From Phosphitispora fastidiosa (GTDB lineage Bacteria > Bacillota > Thermincolia > Thermincolales > UBA2595): a stretch of DNA of 32,000 bases. The stretch covers positions 112,362 to 144,361 of the forward strand of contig NZ_JAHHUL010000007.1 of NCBI RefSeq assembly GCF_019008365.1, read 5' to 3'. The notes under the pieces were generated by a model, which saw only the letters and a list, made by a program, of their open reading frames with translations, made no database searches and was not told the origin of the DNA. Positions within the stretch are counted from its first letter, which is position 1. Each line of letters starts with the position of its first letter. This document shows positions 7,832-15,169 of the stretch, one piece after another. The translations under genes and the position numbers were made by a program.

Positions 7832-8371
7832 ATGGAAAAAACCCCATGGGAGCAGGCAGTGGAATTTCATGGTCATGCCTGTCCCGGACTGGCACTAGGG
7901 TTCAAGGCAGCAGAAGCTGCAATCAGGGAACTCGGGTATGCCAGGGATGTTGATGAAGAAATGGTGGCTATTGTGGAGAATGATAGCTGCTCCATTGATG
8001 CCATCCAGTTGATTCTTGGCTGTACGGCAGGGAAGGGAAACCTGATTTTTCGCAACAACGGGAAACAGGTATTCACTATTGGGCGCAGGAATGAGGGCAA
8101 AGCTGTCAGGATTGCCCTTAAGTATGAAATTATGTCAGGGGCTGGGAAAGATGAATCCCGGGAAGATAAAATGAAGCGCATTTTGGAAAGTGACCCCGGA
8201 GACCTGTTTGAGATCAGGGAAGCAGAGCTGGACCTGCCGGAAAAAGCAGTGATTTTTAAGAGCGTAAAATGTTCCCGCTGCGGGGAAGGGGTCATGGAGT
8301 CCAAGGCCCGCCTCAGTGACGGCAAACCTGTATGCTCCGACTGCTTTGCGGACTATACCAGGGGATGGTAA
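7832..8371 (+). CDS. FmdE-family protein with C-terminal zinc ribbon
   Basis: FHGHACPGLALGF and CSIDAIQLILGCTAGKGNL motifs, plus CSRCGE...CSDC at the C-terminus. The start is chosen at ATG 7832 after GGGGGAG; the track start at 7709 is unlikely. Confidence 0.8.
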   Translation: MEKTPWEQAVEFHGHACPGLALGFKAAEAAIRELGYARDVDEEMVAIVENDSCSIDAIQLILGCTAGKGNLIFRNNGKQVFTIGRRNEGKAVRIALKYEIMSGAGKDESREDKMKRILESDPGDLFEIREAELDLPEKAVIFKSVKCSRCGEGVMESKARLSDGKPVCSDCFADYTRGW

Positions 8372-8491
8372 GACACCGGTTTTTTGCTTCTCACAAAATA
8401 CCAGATAGAAGTATGAAAATCCCCTTGATTTTGAATAATGTTTCTGTTATAATCTAAATTGCTCTTGGCAATCAGCCAGGCAGCATTAAAT

Positions 8492-8575
8492 GCGGTCGTG
8501 GCGGAACTGGCAGACGCGCACGTTTGAGGGGCGTGTGGTTTAACCGTGAGGGTTCAAGTCCCTCCGACCGCACCA
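8492..8575 (+). tRNA. tRNA-Leu (anticodon GAG), type II with long variable arm, CCA encoded
   Basis: Acceptor GCGGTCG pairs with CGACCGC. Anticodon stem CACGT/GCGTG carries loop TTGAGGG. T-arm is GGTTCAAGTCC, followed by a terminal ACCA. Confidence 0.9.
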
Positions 8576-8606
8576 AAACGAAATTTTAAACCCTTATATA
8601 TCAAAC

Positions 8607-8656
8607 AAGGCTTTACGGGTGTTTACCAAGTGTAAACCACGTAAGGCCTTTTTGTT
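8607..8656 (+). terminator. Rho-independent terminator after tRNA-Leu
   Basis: AAGGCTTTACG pairs with CGTAAGGCCTT as an 11-bp stem with one G-U, with an inner GTTTAC/GTAAAC stem. It is followed by TTTTTGTTTATT. Confidence 0.7.
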
Positions 8657-9134
8657 TATTGCCTGTGCATTGGACGTGTGCAGTAAACGCGTGTGCACCG
8701 GCGGAAAGGTGAACTTCAAAAATAAAAGACCTACGGTAATATGTCAAGACCCTAGGGTCAAAATTTTCGAGTAATTTTTTAAAAAAAGGCAGTGGGAATG
8801 GGTCTAAGATTTTAAAATCCCACATGATAGGGAAAGGTATACCGAAGGCAAAGCAGAATTTATTAGCGCGCGAATGTATATTAATAAATGAAGTGAGTCA
8901 GCTTTAAAAGCGTTGGCGTTAGTGTCGGCGCTTTTTTTGAGTTTAAACCAAATCTATCTAAGGTAAAACATCTTGTTCCCAACAGATGGTTATGCGAAAG
9001 ATCAAAAATAATAGTCAATTTGAAGGAGTCATCCATTGATCTGGTATTGTAAAATCTTTATTTATACAGAAGGATTCTTGCAAATTCAAGTGGAATTATG
9101 AACCATGTATTCGAAATTCGGAAGGTGATTCTGC

Positions 9135-10358
9135 TTGGCTCATGATGTGTTTATCAGCTACTCATCAAAAGATAAAAACATTGCAAATGCGGTATGTAAT
9201 TTTCTGGAATCCAAACGGGTTAGATGCTGGATTGCTCCGAGGGATATTCCTCCGGGGGTTGAATATGCAGAAGCCCTGGTCGACGCGATTGATAACTGCC
9301 GTATATTTCTCCTGATTGTAACCTCTAATTCTATTGAATCTTTACACGTCAGGAGAGAGGTTGACAGGGCCATAAACAAGGTCAGTCATATTCTTCCGTT
9401 CAGGGTCCAGGATGTTCCTTTATCCAAAACCCTGCAATATTACATAGGAAATTATCATTGGCTTGATGCCTTAACTCCTCCACTCGAGATACACTTGGAG
9501 AAACTGGCATCATTTCTTGAGAACATTGTTTCAGGCACTATTTCTGATTATTTGAAACCCCAAAGGGAAACTGCCACACATACCATAATAGACGATGACT
9601 CTTTATTCGAGAAAAACAAATTGGAAATAGAGAAACAGACTAAACTTGATAGATTGGCTTTTGGCCTGAGCCTGGATGACCAGGGCGAAGATACAGTTGA
9701 TTGGATACATCATTATGAATATATTAAGAGACTGGATATACTTGATATTGAAAATTCGCTCATGAATAGTTACAGGTGGTTAGTGATTCGTAATATGAGT
9801 GATACCCCTTCAAATTTTATAGTGCATAAAGAGTGCGGGGAAAATAAGATTCATTTTAGGGACATGCATGTTCGAGCCCATGAAAACACACATACCGGAT
9901 CTAAGCTACAGGTCAACAGTATAATAGAAAGGCAGCCTTCTTTTGTCCAGAACTTAAAAATAAACTTCTTAAAGCCTCTTTCTCCCAGTGAATCCATGAA
10001 GATATTTTATCGCTTGAGTTGGCCTGATGAGCCTAAGTCGTACAGTGGCAGCGAACATAGTCAAAGCATTTCGCTAACTCGTTATAAAAAGGGGGTTTCA
10101 TACCTGCAATTCGGGGTTCTGGAACGAAGGCCCATGATTGGCATTTATGGAGAGGAACTATCAAAAACGTATGAATTAACCAAGGTGCCTCAGGTACCGA
10201 CCTATTTTTCAGCAGATGACGATGAAGATTTGGTACCTTTGCATGGGAAAAGTCTGCAGGGGTTTTACTATTGTTTTGAAAATCCTAAATCCCTGGCATA
10301 CCGGGCACATTATCAGCTTTTATACGATAATGAAAAAGAAGACAATGAAGAATTTTAG
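9135..10358 (+). CDS. TIR-domain protein with ~270-aa C-terminal domain of unknown family
   Basis: TTG start 7 nt after GAAGGTG. The N-terminus HDVFISYSSKDKNIANAVCNFLESKRVRCWIAPRDIPPGVEY...IFLLIVTSNSIESLHVRREVDRAI is a typical TIR_2 pattern, including the candidate catalytic Glu. Confidence 0.85.
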   Translation: MAHDVFISYSSKDKNIANAVCNFLESKRVRCWIAPRDIPPGVEYAEALVDAIDNCRIFLLIVTSNSIESLHVRREVDRAINKVSHILPFRVQDVPLSKTLQYYIGNYHWLDALTPPLEIHLEKLASFLENIVSGTISDYLKPQRETATHTIIDDDSLFEKNKLEIEKQTKLDRLAFGLSLDDQGEDTVDWIHHYEYIKRLDILDIENSLMNSYRWLVIRNMSDTPSNFIVHKECGENKIHFRDMHVRAHENTHTGSKLQVNSIIERQPSFVQNLKINFLKPLSPSESMKIFYRLSWPDEPKSYSGSEHSQSISLTRYKKGVSYLQFGVLERRPMIGIYGEELSKTYELTKVPQVPTYFSADDDEDLVPLHGKSLQGFYYCFENPKSLAYRAHYQLLYDNEKEDNEEF

Positions 10359-10375
10359 TGTATAGGGGTGATAAA

Positions 10376-11161
10376 ATGAAGGACTACGATAAAACCCCCA
10401 GTTTTTATAAAACTGACGAAGTTTTTCAGAAGTACCTGGGAAGGACTTCTTATTATGTTGCCCTTCAGTCCGCTGTAAGCAAAATAGTATCCCTATCCAA
10501 ACCAAAAGAAATCCTTGAGCTGGGTACGGGAACTGGGGCTACGGCCCACCGATTAGCCGAAGAAAATCCCGAGTGCATCATTGTAAGCATAGATGTGAGG
10601 GAAGAAATGGTCCAAACCGCAATATCAATTGCTTCCGATAAAGGTATAAATAATGTTAAATTTCTGAAAGCGGATATGGTGGAGTATGTTAGAAACATAC
10701 AGGTATTGCCGGAACTCTTAATACTCTTATATTCGTTTCACCACATAATGGATCCTATTGAAGAAAAGGTAGGCTTTTTAAAAACATGTTTGGAAAAGTT
10801 GCCGGTGGGTGGAAGAATCTGTATAGCTGAGACTTTTTTGCCTGGAGCGAAATCAGAAATTATGATCGAGGCGGAAACCAGAAGGCTGTGGTCGTCACGT
10901 ATAATTGAAGGTTATGCCAGTACCTTCTGGGCAGCTCTTGATGGTTTGTCACAAGACAATATTTCTTATGCCAGGGAAATTGCGGTTTTCTCCAAAAACA
11001 ACGAATTAAAGGCAGGGGAACTGGTAGTAAAAAGGGATGATGAATTCTTGGTATCCATGGATTGGCTTTGCAGGACCGCCATAAAAACGGGATTTGTGGT
11101 AGAAATTGCAGAGCCTTGTAATAGTGTCGGTGATGGGATAGTGCTGATATTAAAAAAGTAA
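10376..11161 (+). CDS. Class I SAM-dependent methyltransferase
   Basis: Motif I ILELGTGTGATAHRLA. ATG at 10376 follows AGGGGTGA; an alternative GTG at 10358 overlaps the TIR gene's stop (TAGTG). Confidence 0.8.
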   Translation: MKDYDKTPSFYKTDEVFQKYLGRTSYYVALQSAVSKIVSLSKPKEILELGTGTGATAHRLAEENPECIIVSIDVREEMVQTAISIASDKGINNVKFLKADMVEYVRNIQVLPELLILLYSFHHIMDPIEEKVGFLKTCLEKLPVGGRICIAETFLPGAKSEIMIEAETRRLWSSRIIEGYASTFWAALDGLSQDNISYAREIAVFSKNNELKAGELVVKRDDEFLVSMDWLCRTAIKTGFVVEIAEPCNSVGDGIVLILKK

Positions 11162-11478
11162 ATAAATATTGGGACACCAGCTTTTTTGGAGAGGATTCTG
11201 CTGAGGTGATAAAAGGAGACAGAAAAAATGGCATATAAGCCAGAGGTTTGATGGGGGTTGGCCCTTTGGTCCCAGGAGGAATGATAAGACAAAAGAGCAC
11301 CCTTATCTGGTGCTTTATAAGGAACTGCCAGACTTACTTAATAAAAATTTACCTATCAATCTATCACTCCAGAACACTGGGGAAGCAATTCAACCCAGTC
11401 CTATAACCAGCCTCACAATGATTGAAGTCAGTAGATTTTATTCTTCTGTAAACATTTAATAAAGAAAAGGGGCCTGTT

Positions 11479-13272
11479 ATGAAGTTTACTGCTCCAGTCA
11501 GGGCTAGAAAACGAAGTCCTGCTGTTCAATTGTTCAGGGATTATGAATGGCTTATAATAGTCCTGCTCTTTTTCTTCTTTTTAGCCCTGGGGTGTATCGG
11601 TTATGCGAAAAATTACGCTGCCCAGGGAAAACCTCTATATGCTCCCTCCATCCTCTATCAATCATTACAGTTGTTTTTCTCAAACTTTAATGCCGGAAAC
11701 GGACCAATACCCATTGAATTGGAACTGGGCAGGTTTTTAGCGCCCCTGCTGTTCTTATATACTGCCGGCAAAGCCTTGGCGGTGATTCTACATAAACAGT
11801 TTTCTCTGATCTTTTTGAGACTGTTCTACAAAGAACATGTTATTATTTGCGGTTTAGGAACAAAAGGATTGTATCTGACGGCTGATTTTTGCCGGAATGG
11901 TTACCGGGTTGTTGTTATTGAGCTTGACAAGGAAAATGACATGATAGACCAGTGCAGGGAGCATGGGGCAATAGTCTTGACGGGGAATGCCGCGGATTCA
12001 GAGATGCTGTACAAAGCCAAGGCGACAAAGGCCCGCTATGTTGTTGCAACCTGCGGGCATGATGGGGTTAATGCTGAAATAGCGGTAAACATCCGGCAAA
12101 TGATTCAAAAACGCAGAGGGAAAACCCTGACATGTTATGTACATATCAGTGATGTGCAATTATGTAATATACTAAAAGAACGTGAATTAATGGGAGGAAA
12201 AGACGACTCTTTTTTACTGGAGTTCTTTAATATTTATAACAGTGGAGCCCGTATCCTGGCAAACACCTTTTTTAATTTTAATCAGGGTTGTTTGGACATT
12301 CGCAGCAATAACGCCGGTAAGAGTTCCCCATCCGGTATTGCAATAGCAGGGTTTGACAGTCTGGGTGAATGCCTCATATTATATGCGGTCAAAAGCTGGA
12401 GAAAAGTCTTTAATTTATATGGGGAAAAACTCAGGTTTACAGTGGTTGATGAAAATGCTCAAGCCAAAATCAATGATTTCATTTTGAGATATCCCCTGAC
12501 AGAAGAGTACTGTGAAATTCAGTCCTGCGAAGCCGATTGCGAACAGGGTGATTTTAACATTATCTTTATTCAAAAGAGCGATGAATCGGCGGGTTTAAAG
12601 ACAGCTTTATCCCTGCTCAATAAAAACCGGAAAACCCAGGTCGCATTGTGCACGATGAATACGGGAGGAGTTCCGGAGCTTCTTCGGGGAGAACACTCAA
12701 GTGACAGTTTACTGAGTGATAATGACAAATATCAAAGACTGCATGCCTTTGGGTTGTTGGATATGACGTGCCGGGTTGAGGCACTGCTTAGCGGTACTCA
12801 TGAAACCCTTGCTATAGCAATGCACAATTTGTATGTAGAACAAAATAAAAATGATGCAAAGAAAAAGGGTACCCTGGTCCATTGGGTTCAACTGGATGAA
12901 AGTCACAAGGAACAAAGCAGGCGTGAAGCTGGTTTTATTGGGGAGTTGCTGAAGGAGGTTTCATGTGAACTTATACTCCTGGCGGAGCTGAAAGAAGAAC
13001 AGTTTCAGTTTACTCCGGAAGAAGCGGAAAAAATGGCTGAACTTGAACATGACCGGTGGTACAAGCACCGTGTAAATGAAGGATGGAAGTATGGCGAGGT
13101 GCGAGATGATGCACGTAAGATAAACAATATGCTTTTGCCTTGGGCAGACCTGCCATATGAGGGCAAAAAATATAACATTGATATGGTGAATAAATTGCCT
13201 GAACTGATTGAAGAAGTTGGTTTCCGCATTTATCGAGTCAAGGGCGGAAGCCAAGCCCAAGCTGATTATTGA
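11479..13272 (+). CDS. Membrane protein: N-terminal TM region + Rossmann (TrkA-N/RCK-like) domain + C-terminal tandem RyR domains
   Basis: TM helices WLIIVLLFFFFLALGCIGY and FLAPLLFLYTAGKALAVIL. Rossmann motif HVIICGLGTKGLYLTADFCRNGYRVVVIE. C-terminal EHDRWYKHRVNEGWKYGEVRDDARKINNMLLPWADLPYEGKKYNIDMV matches the RyR domain pattern, preceded by a second degenerate copy (LAIAMHNLYVEQ...WVQLDESHKEQSR). Confidence 0.8.
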   Translation: MKFTAPVRARKRSPAVQLFRDYEWLIIVLLFFFFLALGCIGYAKNYAAQGKPLYAPSILYQSLQLFFSNFNAGNGPIPIELELGRFLAPLLFLYTAGKALAVILHKQFSLIFLRLFYKEHVIICGLGTKGLYLTADFCRNGYRVVVIELDKENDMIDQCREHGAIVLTGNAADSEMLYKAKATKARYVVATCGHDGVNAEIAVNIRQMIQKRRGKTLTCYVHISDVQLCNILKERELMGGKDDSFLLEFFNIYNSGARILANTFFNFNQGCLDIRSNNAGKSSPSGIAIAGFDSLGECLILYAVKSWRKVFNLYGEKLRFTVVDENAQAKINDFILRYPLTEEYCEIQSCEADCEQGDFNIIFIQKSDESAGLKTALSLLNKNRKTQVALCTMNTGGVPELLRGEHSSDSLLSDNDKYQRLHAFGLLDMTCRVEALLSGTHETLAIAMHNLYVEQNKNDAKKKGTLVHWVQLDESHKEQSRREAGFIGELLKEVSCELILLAELKEEQFQFTPEEAEKMAELEHDRWYKHRVNEGWKYGEVRDDARKINNMLLPWADLPYEGKKYNIDMVNKLPELIEEVGFRIYRVKGGSQAQADY

Positions 13273-13307
13273 GGTATACGGTAGAAATATAAAAACCGGG
13301 AGGTCTT

Positions 13308-15110
13308 ATGAACAATACAAACTGTGGTTCACACCCTCCCCGGGCGAAACTTGCTATAAGGGTAGGGGTAACGGGTCACCGCCCGGGAGGCCTTGCGAGA
13401 GCTGATTTGAAGATTCTTAAGGAAAAAATCAGACATGTCCTTCAGGAAATCAAAGTAAAGGCAGAGGAAATATCCCGTGAAACAAACAGCCTTTACCATG
13501 GCCTTCAACCTGTTTTACGGATTATATCGCCTCTTGCTGAGGGCAGTGACAGGATTGTGGCACATGAAGCGATTGACTTGGGCTACCAACTTCAGTGTCC
13601 ACTTCCCTATGAACGTAATGAGTATAAAAAGGACTTTTCTACAGGGGATTCCTGTGTGGAGTTCGATTCTTTACTGGAACAGGCTACTTCTGTGTTTGAA
13701 ATGGACGGAAGCCGCTTAGCAGAAGACAGCCCTTATTTATCAGTAGGAAGACTGGTACTTGAACAGTCAGATATCTTGGTGACTGTGTGGGACGGGTTCC
13801 AGCCCCGGGGCAGCGGAGGTACAGGCCAAATTGTCATGGAAGCCGTTGAACATATGATTCCCGTGATATGGATTAATTCCCGGCAGCCTCATGATATCAC
13901 TATCCTAGGTATGGCTGCTGATGATATAAAAGGATGGGTCGAATATCTCAGGAAACAGATGACATATCTCTTTCTTTTGCCGGTCTCGGAGGGTGATATA
14001 AAGGCAGATAAACTTACAATTAACCTTTCTGATTATTATCTCTCAGAATATCACAGAGAAACCAGGCATAGTTACAGAGGGGTAGCATATAAATTGTTCC
14101 GAAAATTGTTTGGAACCAATTTTTCTGCTTGTGAACAGGAAAAAGAAACGAAACAACAAACCCGGGCAATTACTCTGCCTGATAACATAAATAAAAGCAT
14201 CGATAGTGTCCTGAATTGCCATTTTAAATGGGCAGATGACCTGGCAAACTACTATGCTGCTTTATACAGAAACTCTTTTATTGCAAATTACCTGCTGGGC
14301 GGGTTGGCTGTTTTTTTCGCATTGTTTTCTTATGCTTTGGGATGGGTTGATACATACAGCAGGTACTACCATTACCAATGGGTGCCAACGGTTATTGAAC
14401 TGGTAATCATTTTATATATTATTGTCATTACGGTGTACGGAAACAAATCCAGGTGGCATGGAAAATGGATTGACTACCGGCTGTTGGCGGAACTTCTCAG
14501 GCATATGAAATTCCTTGCACCATTGGGCAGGGTAAATAATTCCTTCAGGATACCTGCCCATCAGATGCATAACGATATCAGAAATTCATGGGTAAACTGG
14601 CAGTTTAGGGCACTGGTCAGAGAACTCGGTTTGCTCAGTGTAAAATGTGACGGTAATTATCTTGAATCATATAGGGAATATTTGGCCAAAAATGAAATTG
14701 AAAACCAGATAGGTTTTCACGTGTTAAACGCCGGGCATTACCGGAGGATCACACACCGGCTGCACCTGCTGGGGCTGTTCCTGTTTGGCGGGACACTGGT
14801 TGCCTGTTTCCTGCATATTTTTTACCACGGTTATTATAATGCCTGGCTGACTCTGCTTTCGGCGGTACTTCCAGCTTTAGGCGCGGGATTTGCAGGGATC
14901 CTGTTTCAGGGCGAATTCCACCGGTTGGAACAGCGCTCTGCTGCGATGGCAAAAAGGCTTCAGGAACTGAAGAGCAGCCTGGATGAAATGAAAGATTTTT
15001 CCTATGCAGACCTTAGCCGGATTGCAAAGGTAACGGCTGAGGTGATGATAACCGAGGTCCTCGATTGGCGGATTATGTTCCAGGCGAGGCCGCTGCAGCT
15101 GCCGAGCTGA
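13308..15110 (+). CDS. SLOG (LOG/YpsA-like nucleotide-binding) domain fused to a C-terminal SLATT-type multi-TM domain
   Basis: N-terminal RVGVTGHRP...ISPLAEGSDRIVA...VWDG...GSGGTGQIV fits the SLOG/YpsA-like pattern. About four C-terminal TM helices (FIANYLLGGLAVFFALFSYAL, VIELVIILYIIVITVYG, LLGLFLFGGTLVACFLHIF, LLSAVLPALGAGFAGILF) fit the SLATT/DUF4231-like pattern. RBS CGGGAGG. Confidence 0.75.
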   Translation: MNNTNCGSHPPRAKLAIRVGVTGHRPGGLARADLKILKEKIRHVLQEIKVKAEEISRETNSLYHGLQPVLRIISPLAEGSDRIVAHEAIDLGYQLQCPLPYERNEYKKDFSTGDSCVEFDSLLEQATSVFEMDGSRLAEDSPYLSVGRLVLEQSDILVTVWDGFQPRGSGGTGQIVMEAVEHMIPVIWINSRQPHDITILGMAADDIKGWVEYLRKQMTYLFLLPVSEGDIKADKLTINLSDYYLSEYHRETRHSYRGVAYKLFRKLFGTNFSACEQEKETKQQTRAITLPDNINKSIDSVLNCHFKWADDLANYYAALYRNSFIANYLLGGLAVFFALFSYALGWVDTYSRYYHYQWVPTVIELVIILYIIVITVYGNKSRWHGKWIDYRLLAELLRHMKFLAPLGRVNNSFRIPAHQMHNDIRNSWVNWQFRALVRELGLLSVKCDGNYLESYREYLAKNEIENQIGFHVLNAGHYRRITHRLHLLGLFLFGGTLVACFLHIFYHGYYNAWLTLLSAVLPALGAGFAGILFQGEFHRLEQRSAAMAKRLQELKSSLDEMKDFSYADLSRIAKVTAEVMITEVLDWRIMFQARPLQLPS

Positions 15111-15169
15111 GAGTTCATAGACAATAACATGGTAGGATATACTAATACCTTTTATTGGGGGGTTGTTTT

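Noticed and set aside
8613-8825. 70-aa minus-strand ORF in the tRNA-proximal spacer
   Set aside because: No RBS. It overlaps the tRNA terminator hairpin and has an implausible sequence.
11162-11478. 317-bp gap with a 7-codon mini-ORF (MAYKPEV) after AAGGAG, and a weak hairpin AGCACC/GGTGCT at ~11296-11314
   Set aside because: Too short and unsupported to call as a leader peptide or terminator. It probably holds an internal promoter for the 11479 gene, but I could not identify convincing -35/-10 boxes.
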